Below are positions 36,801 through 46,058 of a stretch of DNA of 64,000 nucleotides, one piece after another. A program made the translations under genes and the position numbers. The notes beneath the pieces were generated by a model. It saw only the letters and a program-made list of their open reading frames with translations. It searched no databases and was not told where the DNA came from. The stretch's first letter is position 1, and each line of letters starts with the position of its first letter. Source of the DNA: Bacteroidota bacterium (GTDB lineage: Bacteria; Bacteroidota; Bacteroidia; Chitinophagales; LD1); assembly GCA_947475165.1 (NCBI GenBank), contig CANJLD010000007.1, positions 83,131 to 147,130 on the forward strand, read 5' to 3'.

Positions 36801-38303
36801 CCACCAGGCTGTGTTATAGTTCAGCCAGTCGCTGTTAACGGTGTAAAGCCCTTCCGCAATCATATCAATCAAACTCATGGCATCTAACCGGTCAACCACA
36901 TGCTGATAATTGGCGGGAACCGTAAGATTATTTGCCACCACAAAATTGTAAAGATTGTTCCACGCAGTATCGCTGCCGTTAATAATCTGCAAGCTACCCC
37001 AGTAGCGTAAATGGTCAACGTCTTCTTCTTGCTGGTCGTAGTAATAGTCAAAATAATCATCATCTACTTTTTCGCGGTATTCATACACGCCCCAATACTG
37101 ACCGTTCACAAAAACAATGCAATGGTCACCTCTGCGGGTATCTAAGTTCAGTCCGAATTTTTCGGCCAGCGATTGATTGTAAATATCGCGGATGTGCGCA
37201 CAGCGCGAAGGAGGATTAGAGCCGCCATCGGGAAAGTTATCAGACGCACCGGCTTTAAATATCAGCCACTTAAACTTCTTGCGTGGCGATGTGTAAAACA
37301 TTTTCTTGTTAATCAAATCACCGGTGCCGTATTGGTCTTCTACATCAAAATCGAAACCTTTTTGTGAGTATGCCCAGGAGTCGTTTCCGTGCGGGCTGAA
37401 CTCTCCGCCAATTTCAAACACCTGCTGATTGCCCGAAGAGAAAAACTCCAGATTGCCGAAACGCAGATTCAAATTGCCATTGGCTAATTCTGTATTAAGC
37501 GAACCGGAGGTAACAGAAACTACCGGAAGGGTATGTGTTTCGTTAATGAAATAAGTATTGGTTTCGGTAAAGCTTGGAATGGTGGCGTTGGTATTGTCGA
37601 AAGCTCTTGCCCTTATTACCGTTGTGGCACTTACTGCAATAGCTGCCGAATAAAGAGTAGATGCAGTAGTGGGAGTAGCACCGTTAGTAGTATACCGGAT
37701 AGTAGTATTTGCCTGCGAACACGAAAGCGTTACAGACTGCGCGCCCGAATAAAAACCGGCAGGCAAATTGAACTGCACTTTAGGAACGTAAGAAGGATAA
37801 GGTGTTTGTGTATTGTTAGAAGCATTAGGCGTTGCCTTGGTAAAAATGCTCCACGTTGCTGCACCATTGGTGGTTCTTCCTCGGCTGTCGTTACTATCGC
37901 AAGGGAAAATGGTGAGCGAATCAATAATAGTAAGCGCAGGGTTAGTTAAAATAATATGCTCCGAAGTATCGCTTTGGGTTAATTTAAAGTTGGTGTGCTG
38001 CTGTCCGCTTATTACTCCGTTTTTTGCCGAGCAGAAAAATATACGGTAACTGTTGTTGGCCATATTAATGCCGGTTGGTATCTGCCACTTGTTCAGCGAA
38101 TCAGGAGTATCACTTAAAAACCAGCCGCCTATGTTTACCGCAGCACCGGAACCGTTGTAGAGTTCTATCCAGTCATAATACTTACCGTTAGCAGCAGCGT
38201 AACTGGATTTGTTAGCAGCCGAAAACTCGTTGATAACAATTTGTGCCTGACTATATTGGCAGAGTGCGAAAAGGAGGAGAACCGTAGTGTAAATTCTTTG
38301 CAT
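33876..38303 (-). CDS. Lamin-tail-domain / CotH-like protein with about 8 tandem beta-sandwich repeats and a T9SS type-B C-terminal sorting domain
   Basis: 1475 aa with a signal peptide. The LTD signature is VINEFSAANK...YDWIELYN. The central region is CotH-like. Eight repeats of about 88-90 aa have the form NPAGGGNVSVNGTTPGAYP...GYTFANWT. The C-terminus IYNRWGQKVFE...WDGTFNGKDCDMGVYSC fits the gliding-motility C-terminal domain. Confidence 0.8.
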   Translation of the reverse strand: MQRIYTTVLLLFALCQYSQAQIVINEFSAANKSSYAAANGKYYDWIELYNGSGAAVNIGGWFLSDTPDSLNKWQIPTGINMANNSYRIFFCSAKNGVISGQQHTNFKLTQSDTSEHIILTNPALTIIDSLTIFPCDSNDSRGRTTNGAATWSIFTKATPNASNNTQTPYPSYVPKVQFNLPAGFYSGAQSVTLSCSQANTTIRYTTNGATPTTASTLYSAAIAVSATTVIRARAFDNTNATIPSFTETNTYFINETHTLPVVSVTSGSLNTELANGNLNLRFGNLEFFSSGNQQVFEIGGEFSPHGNDSWAYSQKGFDFDVEDQYGTGDLINKKMFYTSPRKKFKWLIFKAGASDNFPDGGSNPPSRCAHIRDIYNQSLAEKFGLNLDTRRGDHCIVFVNGQYWGVYEYREKVDDDYFDYYYDQQEEDVDHLRYWGSLQIINGSDTAWNNLYNFVVANNLTVPANYQHVVDRLDAMSLIDMIAEGLYTVNSDWLNYNTAWWRGRKQPNNIKWKYYLWDTDNTFNLGQDYTGWGNTTNNASPCDINNAAGGQYSNPNIGSQQGHIVIFNKLMTNPAFEALYVNRMAEHLNGAFNCTNMLNHLDSMVARIQPEMQRQCTRWSGSYTTWQNNVQYLRNQISGRCAFFTTAFDTCYQVSGPYHLAVDVYPVGAGTVTIGNTITPTNYVYTSNYFGGINVTFKANADTGYVFSHWQTISHTALPSTTVDSMYFDMGTTPDSVVAVFVPSDSVDLTVYVNPVGAGNITVNGVTPALYPTVMRFPINTALTISETANTGYTFANWFLLHHALNPNNTSANVSFTITQDDTLVANYTVNPDTFNLTVLVNPAGGGNVSVNGTTPGAYPAVIQFVDGTPVNVIATANTGYAFANWTILHHALTPNNTSANANFTITANDTLIANFTVIPDTFNLTVLVNPAGGGNVSVNGTTPGAYPAVLQFVDGTPLNIIATQNGGYTFANWTILHHALTPNNTSANANFNITANDTLIANFTLIPSPDTFNLTVLVNPAGSGNVSVNGTTPGAYPAVLQFVDGTPLNIIATQNGGYTFANWTILHHTLTPNNTSANANFNITANDTLIANFTLIPSPDTFNLTVLVNPAGGGNVSVNGTTPGAYPAVMQFVDGTPLNIIATQNGGYTFANWTLLNHTLMPNNSSANANFNITVDDTLVANFTVNPIIRNLTVMINPTGSGNATVNGTTPPSYPVTLQFNDGTLINISSAANTGYSFTNWTLLYHTLTPNNSSATANFTITQDDTLTAEFSLIPLDSFDIVVDVAPNHFAGKIIVGGITPSGYPWKGRFEEGTNLDFDASGNVVTTTNHTYNYVFDHYDFIYHSPIPNSTTPIVFIQVQQPDTVIAWFKEKEPITDTLGTIGIPNVFFCSSNYNYNHSENSDYNIVIGFPYISFNMQIYNRWGQKVFETNNVGHPWDGTFNGKDCDMGVYSCIVRVKTQEKDFFKAATITLIR
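34190..36335 (-). repeat. In-frame tandem repeats of 264-270 bp inside the CotH-like gene
   Basis: There are eight domain copies. The central four (about 34740-35801) are near-identical at the DNA level, with the same 20-40-nt strings recurring at a 270-bp spacing (for example at 34880, 35150 and 35420). Confidence 0.85.
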
Positions 38304-38462
38304 AAATTGTTTTTCTGAAAAAGCTAACGAATTTAAGAGGATTACTTAAAGTAGATAGGCTTTTACCAACAAGGGTTGGATGGAGTGAATGTGATGATGA
38401 TAGGATTTGATAATTTGATGATGCAGCAGCTCATTAAAATTTTAGAAACGCACTTCTTTTTT

Positions 38463-39179
38463 TCAGGCAATCACCATCACCTTTACCGCACTCCACGGGC
38501 CGGCAAGCAAAGGATGTTTGGTGTTATACCATCGCGCAAATACCACTAACCGTTTACACACATTATCGGCATCGCAATTTTTAATGAACTGAGCTTTAGT
38601 AAATATTTCGCGTTGCATACCGGTGCTTTCTGCATGAAGAGCAGCAACATTGCTGACAGCATCAACAATCATAAATGACAGTTGAACACTATCGGCACCG
38701 GTGGCTTTGCTGGCGCGGTTATTATCGTGACCGGTGCGGCAACTGAACTTAAACTCGCCACCGCCAAGGGGTTTGGCATCAAACACTACCGCATCGGCAA
38801 TAGCAGTGTTGTGGCGGGTAGGCTTTTTTCTTCCGGTTTTGAAATTATAGATGGCTTCATCGGCAGTATTTGCGTTTTTATTGCTTGCTATAATGTTGAG
38901 CAACGGCATAGCAAAGGTTCTGAAATCAGTAATAAAATTCTGCACCTGTGCCTTTACTGCGCTGGTGCTTTGCAGCGGGTCGGAATATTTAGGGTAAAGA
39001 GTGTCTTTCCAAAACAACCGTTTGCTCTGCCACTCGTTTGCCTCGGTAACCGAAAGCCCCAGCCGCTGCCAGTTAGGGTTACCCGATACGGGGTCGTTTT
39101 GTTGCAGATGGATATCGGTAGTATTAATGTAATTGTTGAAGAGAGGAATTTGCTTTGAAATTCGGCTTTTATCTGACAT
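38463..39179 (-). CDS. Hypothetical cytoplasmic protein (no recognisable motif)
   Basis: 238-aa ORF with no signal peptide or TM segment. I could not assign a family. It stands alone, flanked by a 160-bp spacer and a 340-bp spacer. Confidence 0.5.
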   Translation of the reverse strand: MSDKSRISKQIPLFNNYINTTDIHLQQNDPVSGNPNWQRLGLSVTEANEWQSKRLFWKDTLYPKYSDPLQSTSAVKAQVQNFITDFRTFAMPLLNIIASNKNANTADEAIYNFKTGRKKPTRHNTAIADAVVFDAKPLGGGEFKFSCRTGHDNNRASKATGADSVQLSFMIVDAVSNVAALHAESTGMQREIFTKAQFIKNCDADNVCKRLVVFARWYNTKHPLLAGPWSAVKVMVIA

Positions 39180-39264
39180 TAAGATTAGGTTTATTGTATA
39201 AAATAATGATTTTTTAATAAAAAATGCAAGTTTTTAAGGTTTTTTAAAGCCTAAGGAACTTAGA

Positions 39265-39432
39265 AGTGCGAACTCTTAAGTTAGAAGTATTAACTTTCAA
39301 TTTTAAAGTTCGAACTTTAAAAATAAGAGTATGAACTTTTGTTTTAAAAGTAAGAACTTCTAAGTTAAGAGTAAGAACTTCTAAGTTAAGAGTAAGAACT
39401 TTTAACTTAAAAGTAAGGACTTTTAACTTAAA
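39265..39432. repeat. Eight head-to-tail 21-bp repeats (consensus AGTAAGAACTTCTAAGTTAAG)
   Basis: Units start at 39265, 39286, 39307, 39328, 39349, 39370, 39391 and 39412. Units 5 and 6 are identical. Weaker degenerate units flank the array, from about 39223 to about 39445. Confidence 0.9.
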
Positions 39433-39522
39433 AATCCTTACTTCTAAGTCTCTGCCTAATGGCAGAAAGCCAAAAACTCTTGCTGTAAAATTTATAAAAA
39501 TGGATGATTTCAGGAAATATTT

Positions 39523-40548
39523 TTACAGAAATTTTTCGAGGCTTTTCCGCTCCTCATCAAACACAAGCGCGAACTCTTTTTCCAGTTTCGCTAACTTCTC
39601 TAAATTCTTCCGCACAAATTTTTTGTGTGCTTCGGAGGTTGGATTGCGCGGCTTGTGGCGCGCGGCAAGCAGCAGCTCATCCATATCGCGCATCAGCAAA
39701 ATGGTTTTGGGCTCAAGCATGGCATCGCAAAGTTTCTGCCACACATAATCGGTTGCCTGATAATTGGGATGCAGCATATCTTCTGCAAAAAAGCGATAGT
39801 CACGCAGGTCGTCCATCACTAATTCATAGGCAGGGAAATAAAAATAAGCAATGTCCCGTTCCTTCAATTCATGAATAGCCGAAAACAAATGCGCCTTGCT
39901 CACCGTGTTTTCGTGGTGGCCGAAAGCGAAGTAACGGACCGGGCTAACTGTGAGAACGATTTTTAGTTGAGGGTAGACAGTTGACAGTTTATTAAGAGTA
40001 CCGCCTAGAGTAAGAAAAATCTCCTCCGGTGACAGCAATAGCTTTACAAAGTGATTGCCGGAGAGTTTATGGCAGTTGGATACTAACCGCGTTCCTTTCA
40101 CATTTCCCCACTCCTTCACGCCTTCCGGGAGAGATTCATTTTTTAACTCAAACACATGGCTTGTTCCGAAAGTCAAAAATAAAACCGTAGCATTCTTCAA
40201 ATCTTCACTTGCCTGCAACAGGTTTTCGTTAATTACTTGTAAAGTTTCGGTAACTGTGCTGCGCGAAAAACTGCCGTGGTGGTCGAACGAATGATAAAGC
40301 TCATCGTGATACACCAAATCTTTTTCGGTGTAAAGCACCGGTTCCAACAAACGCTCAATAGCTGCGGCAATAGAATGCGGATTATATTGCTGCCCGAAAG
40401 GGTTCACGTTGATGTTGAACTTATACTCGCCAAATTTCTTACCAATGTTTTCTGAAAAACACGAACCTATACTCACCAGCTTATCGCGGTGCGAAATCAG
40501 GAACGGAGATTTTTCGGGAGTAACAACAGTGCGGAACGGCTTCATCAA
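39523..40548 (-). CDS. GSCFA-domain protein
   Basis: 341 aa carrying the family's name-giving motif, IGSCFSENIG, near the N-terminus. Confidence 0.8.
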   Translation of the reverse strand: MMKPFRTVVTPEKSPFLISHRDKLVSIGSCFSENIGKKFGEYKFNINVNPFGQQYNPHSIAAAIERLLEPVLYTEKDLVYHDELYHSFDHHGSFSRSTVTETLQVINENLLQASEDLKNATVLFLTFGTSHVFELKNESLPEGVKEWGNVKGTRLVSNCHKLSGNHFVKLLLSPEEIFLTLGGTLNKLSTVYPQLKIVLTVSPVRYFAFGHHENTVSKAHLFSAIHELKERDIAYFYFPAYELVMDDLRDYRFFAEDMLHPNYQATDYVWQKLCDAMLEPKTILLMRDMDELLLAARHKPRNPTSEAHKKFVRKNLEKLAKLEKEFALVFDEERKSLEKFL

Positions 40549-40747
40549 AATGTTTTGCGCGAAGATAATTTTAAAGCGTAAGCGTATTGCCCGAAAGAGG
40601 CTATGCTGTCTGTAGTTGTAGCGTACGTCAGGGTAATTTAAATAGCTGTTTGGAGAATCAATTTCCCCGATTACTTTTGCGCCCTCGAAAATTCAGAGTG
40701 GGTCTGAAAATTTGAATTCCGTAAAATTCAAAATCCTATATCAAATG

Positions 40748-41794
40748 AAACTGTCCAGTTTTGGTTTTAACCTCCCCAAAGAATCTATTGCCATGTATCC
40801 TGCAAAAAATCGCGATGAGAGTAAACTCATGGTGATTGACCGCAAGACAAAAAAAATTGAGCACAAAAAATTTCACGATTCGCTTAAGTATTTCAGCGAT
40901 GGTGATGTATTGTTGTTAAACAACACTAAAGTTTTCCCTGCACGTTTGTACGGAACCAAAGAAAAAACCGGTGCTAAAATTGAAGTGTTCCTACTTCGTG
41001 AATTGAACGAAAAACAATTTCTGTGGGATGTCTTGGTTGACCCCGCCCGCAAAATTCGTGTAGGTAACAAATTGTATTTTGGAGAGAACGATGATTTGAT
41101 TGCAGAAGTAGTGGATAACACCACTTCGCGCGGAAGAACCATTCGCTTTTTATACGATGGCGATTATGACAAATTCAAAAAAGTATTGTACGGCTTAGGT
41201 GAAACTCCGCTTCCTAAGTATATCAAGCGTGCGGTTGAACCATTGGATGCTGAACGTTACCAAACGGTTTATGCAAGAGTAGAAGGAGCCGTAGCCGCAC
41301 CAACTGCCGGTATGCACTTTAGCCGCGAGTTGCTTAAGCGTTTTGAAATTAAAGGAATCGAATTAGCCGAAGTTACACTACATACAGGTCTTGGAACTTT
41401 CCGCACTATTGATGTGGAAGATCTTTCGAAACATAAGATGGATGCTGAGGAAATTATTATTCCTGATAAAGCGGTGAAACTGGTGAATGCTGCAAAAGAT
41501 AACGGTAAGAGAATTTGTGCCGTTGGAACAACTACCGTTCGCGCTGTTGAATCTGCAGTTTCTGCCGAGCATTATCTGAAACCATACAAAGGCTGGACAA
41601 ATTTATTTATCCATCCACCTTACGATTTCAGTATTGCAAATGCTATGATTACCAACTTTCACATGCCTAAATCAAGCCTTTTGATTATGGCCGCTGCTTT
41701 TGGCGGTTACGATTTAATTATGAAATCGTATGAAATAGCAGTTAAAGAAAAATATAAATTCTCTACTTACGGAGATGCGATGCTTATTCTGTAA
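40748..41794 (+). CDS. queA: S-adenosylmethionine:tRNA ribosyltransferase-isomerase
   Basis: [20 protein letters not shown]...[21 protein letters not shown] and [10 protein letters not shown] motifs fit QueA. I prefer the start at 40748 over 40712. Confidence 0.93.
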   Translation, partial: KLSSFGFNLPKESIAMYPAKNRDESKLMVIDRKTKKIEHKKFHDSLKYFSDGDVLLLNNTKVFPARLYGTKEKTGAKIEVFLLRELNEKQFLWDVLVDPARKIRVGNKLYFGENDDLIAEVVDNTTSRGRTIRFLYDGDYDKFKKVLYGLGETPLPKYIKRAVEPLDAERYQTVYARVEGAVAAPTAGMHFSRELLKRFEIKGIELAEVTLHTGLGTFRTIDVEDLSKHKMDAEEIIIPDKAVKLVNAAKDNGKRICAVGTTTVRAVESAVSAEHYLKPYKGWTNLFIHPPYDFSIANAMITNFHMPKSSLLIMAAAFGGYDLIMKSYEIAVKEKYKFSTYGDAMLIL

Positions 41795-41827
41795 GCGAAT
41801 AAAAAATAGCTAGTAGTAATACAAAAA

Positions 41828-41862
41828 GAAAAGTCCCGCATAATTGCGGGACTTTTCTTTTT
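41828..41862. terminator. Bidirectional rho-independent terminator
   Basis: GAAAAGTCCCGCA-TAAT-TGCGGGACTTTTC followed by TTTTTG. It lies between convergent queA and the DUF2795 gene. Confidence 0.85.
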
Positions 41863-41896
41863 GTATTTATTGTCAATTGCTTACTGCCAACTGATT

Positions 41897-42118
41897 TCAA
41901 TGTTCATCTTCGTTAAAGAAGAAATCATCTTTGGTTGGATAGTCAGGCCAGATGTCATCAATACTTTCGTACATTTCTCCATCGTCATCTAACTCCTGCA
42001 AATTTTCTATTACTTCAACCGGTGCACCGGAACGAATTCCGTAATCAATCAACTCATCTTTGGTAGATGGCCAAGGTGCGTCTTCAAGGTATGATGCTAA
42101 TTCAAGTGTCCAAAACAT
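41897..42118 (-). CDS. DUF2795-domain small acidic protein
   Basis: 73 aa. WPSTKDELIDYGIRSGAPVEVIENLQEL matches my memory of the DUF2795 signature. Confidence 0.7.
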   Translation of the reverse strand: MFWTLELASYLEDAPWPSTKDELIDYGIRSGAPVEVIENLQELDDDGEMYESIDDIWPDYPTKDDFFFNEDEH

Positions 42119-42361
42119 AATTAAGATGCTTTTTTATACAGCGCGCAAAAGTATCTTTTTCCACCAAACAACAAACTGCACTATTTCTTTTGTTGGCAAG
42201 TGGCTGCTGCTTTTGCATAAATCGCGCATTTCATAGTTGCCTTCAGAAATAAAGCCGCAATTGAAACTTACTTTTTATAGACAATCAACATATAAAATTG
42301 GCTAACTAAGTTGTGTAGTAACAGAGATTGAGATAAGTTTGACCGCATTAAAAAATTTGCC

Positions 42362-43213
42362 TTGCCAAACAGTAAAGGAACGTCTTACTTCTACGCCATT
42401 TTCGGAATTACGCTCGTGCTTTTTGTGCTGGGTGTTTCGGCAGTTCTTGTTTTTGAAGCCAAAAGAATTTCAACCGGTGTTAAAGAAAATTTGATTGTTG
42501 AAGTGGTATTGAAAGATGATGTTACGCTTTCAAAAATTTCATCGCTGCAAACACGCATACAGGGCAAGCCTTATACCAAAGGCACAAAATTTATTTCGAA
42601 AGAAGAAGCTGCCAAAATTTTACAAAAAGACTTAGGAGAAAACTTCCTTGATATTCTCGGTTACAATCCTTTGTATGCTTCGTTCAGTTTAAATCTGTAC
42701 GAGAAGTATGCGAACAAAGACAGTTTTGATTTTGTAAAAACAGACCTTGCCTCTTTTGCAGAAGTTAAACAGGTAAATGTTCAGGCGAATGTGTTGGAAT
42801 CGCTTGATAAAGATGTGCGAAGCGGCACTTTTGTTATTCTGATAATTGCCGGTTCCCTATTGGTGTTTGCAATATCACTCATCTTTAATACCATCCGGTT
42901 AGTCATGTTCAGCAACCGGTTTACCATTAAAACGCAACAGCTTTTTGGAGCCACTCGTTGGTTTATTATTAAGCCATTTTTGGGCAGAAGCATTTGGAAC
43001 GGATTTGTAAGCGGTGTTACTGCCTGCCTGTTGATGGCAGCAGTTATTGCTTACATAGACCACACCCTTCCTGACCTTGGTTTGCAGGGTGATTTAGTTA
43101 CATTTGGTGCGCTTTTCGGAGTGGTAATTTTATTCGGAATTTTGATTTCTTTTTTAAGCACTCTTACAGCGGTTCTTCGCTACTTACGATTAAAAGTAGA
43201 AGACCTTTACTAA
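42362..43213 (+). CDS. ftsX: Cell-division ABC-transporter permease-like protein FtsX
   Basis: 283 aa with TM1, a periplasmic loop, and three C-terminal TM helices (FtsX fold). The TTG start at 42362 is the only plausible start after the in-frame TGA at 42329. Confidence 0.75.
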   Translation: MPNSKGTSYFYAIFGITLVLFVLGVSAVLVFEAKRISTGVKENLIVEVVLKDDVTLSKISSLQTRIQGKPYTKGTKFISKEEAAKILQKDLGENFLDILGYNPLYASFSLNLYEKYANKDSFDFVKTDLASFAEVKQVNVQANVLESLDKDVRSGTFVILIIAGSLLVFAISLIFNTIRLVMFSNRFTIKTQQLFGATRWFIIKPFLGRSIWNGFVSGVTACLLMAAVIAYIDHTLPDLGLQGDLVTFGALFGVVILFGILISFLSTLTAVLRYLRLKVEDLY

Positions 43214-43222
43214 ACAAAAATT

Positions 43223-43516
43223 ATGGCAAAGCAACAGGCACAGCAAAAAGAAAAACAACCGGCACCGGTGCAACAAAAGCAAAGTGCGGCACTAACTCCT
43301 TTTATTTTCGACCGCACTAATTATATAATTATGATTGCCGGGGTAGTGGTAATATTAATTGGCTTTATGCTGATGAGCGGTGGCGCAACTACCGACCCTA
43401 ATGTTTTCCCGAAAGAAGAATTATACAGTTTCAGAAGAATTACACTGGCACCAATTGTGGTAATGCTGGGTTTTGGAATTGAAATTTACGCGATACTCAA
43501 AAGACCAAGAGACTAA
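43223..43516 (+). CDS. DUF3098-type small membrane protein
   Basis: 97 aa with two TM helices. It sits between ftsX and uppP, as in many Bacteroidota by my recollection. Confidence 0.65.
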   Translation: MAKQQAQQKEKQPAPVQQKQSAALTPFIFDRTNYIIMIAGVVVILIGFMLMSGGATTDPNVFPKEELYSFRRITLAPIVVMLGFGIEIYAILKRPRD

Positions 43517-44379
43517 TGACTACCAATGAGTCAATTATCCTCGCTATTGTTGAGGGGTTGACAGAATTTATTCCGGTATCTTCTACCGGTCACATGATTT
43601 TGACTGAAGCGGCTTTGAAAATGCAAAGAAGTGCTTTGACCAATGTTTACATTGTAAATATTCAGTTTGGAGCCATTCTTGCAGTTTTCTTTTTATACTG
43701 GAAAAGGTTCTTTCAAACCTTCGATTTTTATTTTAAACTTCTTATCGCTTTTATTCCTGCGGCTATTCTTGGTTTCTTACTTAATGACCAGATAGACAAA
43801 TTACTTTCCAGCGTAACTACTGTAGCTATCTCGTTAATTGTTGGCGGAGTAGTATTGATTTTTACTGACTGGTTTTTCAAAAAACAGATTGAGGACGCAT
43901 ATACCGATGAGGACAAGGAAACGGTAAGAGAAATTGACGAGTTTGGAGTAGAGCATAAAAAAGAAGTGCTTAAAAAATTTCATATAGGCTGGATGCAGGC
44001 TTTTCTTATTGGGTGTTTTCAATGCATTGCTATGATTCCTGGTGTTTCGCGTTCGGCAGCAACTATTGTAGGCGGGCTTACACAAAAATTAAACATCAAA
44101 CGCGCGGCTGAGTTTTCTTTTTTTCTTGCTGTGCCAACTGTGTTTGCCGCATCGGCATACAAACTGCTCAAGAGTTATGACGATATTAAGGGAACTGATA
44201 TTGATTTCTTCCTTATCGGAAATGTAATTTCGTTTATCGTAGGAATGATAGCTATTAAGTTTTTCATCAACCTTATTACCCGTTACGGTATGAAGTTCTT
44301 CGGCTACTACCGTATTATTCTGGGTGTAGTTATTTTAACAATGATGGCGCTGGGGCATAAACTCGAAATTCCCGAGTAA
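43516..44379 (+). CDS. uppP: Undecaprenyl-diphosphate phosphatase
   Basis: 287 aa with [15 protein letters not shown] and [10 protein letters not shown] motifs. Confidence 0.92.
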   Translation: MTTNESIILAIVEGLTEFIPVSSTGHMILTEAALKMQRSALTNVYIVNIQFGAILAVFFLYWKRFFQTFDFYFKLLIAFIPAAILGFLLNDQIDKLLSSVTTVAISLIVGGVVLIFTDWFFKKQIEDAYTDEDKETVREIDEFGVEHKKEVLKKFHIGWMQAFLIGCFQCIAMIPGVSRSAATIVGGLTQKLNIKRAAEFSFFLAVPTVFAASAYKLLKSYDDIKGTDIDFFLIGNVISFIVGMIAIKFFINLITRYGMKFFGYYRIILGVVILTMMALGHKLEIPE

Positions 44380-45059
44380 TGAACTTTGCTGAAGGTGAAG
44401 TTCTGCTCATCAACAAACCTCTTAACTGGACATCGTTTGATGTAGTCAACAAACTCCGCTATGCCATTACCAAAAAACTCGGCAACAGAATTAAAGTTGG
44501 CCATGCCGGTACGCTTGACCCTTTGGCAACCGGTCTGCTGATTATCTGCACCGGTAAAATGACTAAACGCATTGATGAGTTTAGCGGAATGGATAAGGAA
44601 TATACCGGCACATTTTTTATTGGTGCCACTACCCCAACTTACGATTCGGAAATGGAACCGGATGCTGTTTTTTCTATTGACCACATTGATGGGAAGCTGA
44701 TAAAAGAAACGCAGCAAAAATTTATGGGCGTTATGGAACAGATGCCCCCCATTTATTCCGCCATTAAAATTGACGGCAAAACCGCCTATCAGCAGGCGCG
44801 AAAAGGAAAAGAGATGGAAATGAAAACGCGCACCATAGAAATAAAAGAATTTGAGCTGACGAGAATTGCGATGCCTGAAATTGATTTCAGAGCAGTGTGC
44901 AGTAAGGGAACTTATATCCGCTCGCTGGCTTTTGATTTTGGTAAGGCGCTGAACAGCGGTGGTTATCTGAAAAGTTTATGCCGCACAAAAATCGGTACGT
45001 TTGATTTAAAAAATTCAATGACTGTTGATGAATGTGTAAGTATGATTTCAACTTCGTAA
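44379..45059 (+). CDS. truB: tRNA pseudouridine(55) synthase
   Basis: 226 aa with the catalytic motif GHAGTLDPLATGLL and the region PPIYSAIKIDG. Confidence 0.93.
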   Translation: MNFAEGEVLLINKPLNWTSFDVVNKLRYAITKKLGNRIKVGHAGTLDPLATGLLIICTGKMTKRIDEFSGMDKEYTGTFFIGATTPTYDSEMEPDAVFSIDHIDGKLIKETQQKFMGVMEQMPPIYSAIKIDGKTAYQQARKGKEMEMKTRTIEIKEFELTRIAMPEIDFRAVCSKGTYIRSLAFDFGKALNSGGYLKSLCRTKIGTFDLKNSMTVDECVSMISTS

Positions 45060-45080
45060 CATTGCAGTTACAAATTTACC

Positions 45081-46058
45081 ATGAGAGTTTTTCGAGACTT
45101 AACCAATCTTCCTGCGTTTAAAAATTCTGTCATTACCATCGGCACTTTCGATGGCGTGCATAAAGGGCATCAGAAACTTATTGAGCGAATTAATTTTTTA
45201 GCGAAGCAAAACGAAGGCGAAAGCATTATCGTTACTTTTCATCCGCACCCGCGTATTGTTATTAACCCGCAGGATAAATCGCTGCGCTTGCTAAATACCA
45301 TTGAAGAAAAAATAACATTGCTCGAAAAATGCGGTGTAGATAATCTGGTGATTGTTCCTTTCAGTCGCGATTTTTCGGAGCAGACTGCCGAAGATTATGT
45401 AGAGCATTTTCTGGTGAAGAATTTTCATCCTAAAAATATAGTAATAGGCTACGACCATAAGTTTGGCAAGGACCGCGGGGGCGATTATCATCTGCTTGAA
45501 AACAGGAAAGACCAGTTCGGTTATTTGATGGAAGAAATTACCAAGGAAACATTAGATGATATAGGCATCAGTTCCACTAAAATCCGTAACGCGCTGCAAG
45601 GCGGTGAGGTTGCCTTGGCCAACGAATTGCTAGGGCACAATTACACGCTGACCGGAACGGTAGTGCGCGGTTTGCAGAATGGCCGCAAGTTGGGTTTCCC
45701 TACGGCTAATGTGCAGGTGAACGATGAATACAAACTGATTCCTAAAACCGGAATTTATGTAGTGCGCGTAACCGATGCTGCTGAACCGGCAGCCGTGCAC
45801 AACGGCATGTTAAGCATTGGCTATAACCCCACCTTTGAAGGCAAGGAGCAAACCATTGAGGCAAACATTCTTGATTTTGATAAAGACATTTACGGCAACA
45901 CCCTAACGCTCGAGTTTATCCATTACATACGCGATGAAAAGAAATTTGATTCTGTAGATGCTTTGATTGCCGAAATAAAAAACGATGAGCGGGTTACGAG
46001 AAAGATTTTTAGTTCAAAATTTTCACCACCAACTCCTTCATCAACTCACCTTCTTTAA
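45081..46058 (+). CDS. ribF: Bifunctional riboflavin kinase / FAD synthetase
   Basis: 325 aa with GTFDGVHKGH, the kinase-domain motif GFPTAN and the region FIHYIRDEKKF. Its 3' end overlaps convergent holA by about 50 nt. Confidence 0.9.
   Translation: MRVFRDLTNLPAFKNSVITIGTFDGVHKGHQKLIERINFLAKQNEGESIIVTFHPHPRIVINPQDKSLRLLNTIEEKITLLEKCGVDNLVIVPFSRDFSEQTAEDYVEHFLVKNFHPKNIVIGYDHKFGKDRGGDYHLLENRKDQFGYLMEEITKETLDDIGISSTKIRNALQGGEVALANELLGHNYTLTGTVVRGLQNGRKLGFPTANVQVNDEYKLIPKTGIYVVRVTDAAEPAAVHNGMLSIGYNPTFEGKEQTIEANILDFDKDIYGNTLTLEFIHYIRDEKKFDSVDALIAEIKNDERVTRKIFSSKFSPPTPSSTHLL

Noticed and set aside
39265-39432. Possible CRISPR array, given regularly spaced short repeats in an intergenic region (the same question applies to 59581-59840).
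   Set aside because: The 21-bp units are directly contiguous with no unique spacers between them. Units are degenerate rather than identical. No cas genes or leader are nearby.
39244-39525. The reading frame of the GSCFA gene stays open for 92 codons past its TAA stop. It runs through the whole 21-bp array and would encode heptad repeats (…LKVLTFKLKVLTLNLEVLTLNLEVLTFKTKVHT…). This hints at stop-codon read-through or a decayed C-terminal extension.
   Set aside because: A 21-nt unit that lacks a stop in one frame automatically yields a long open frame when repeated. There is no internal ATG. TAA is an efficient stop, and no recoding signal is evident. I treat the region as non-coding unless Ribo-seq says otherwise.
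40549-40747. Possible riboswitch or tRNA in the 200-bp queA leader, which has small hairpins TTCAGAgtgggTCTGAA and TTTGAATTccgtaaAATTCAAA.
   Set aside because: There is no tRNA-like T-arm (GGTTCGAATCC-type) or preQ1 aptamer consensus. The hairpins are short and AT-rich. Likewise, I recognised no tRNA, rRNA, tmRNA or RNase P signatures in any other intergenic gap of the window.
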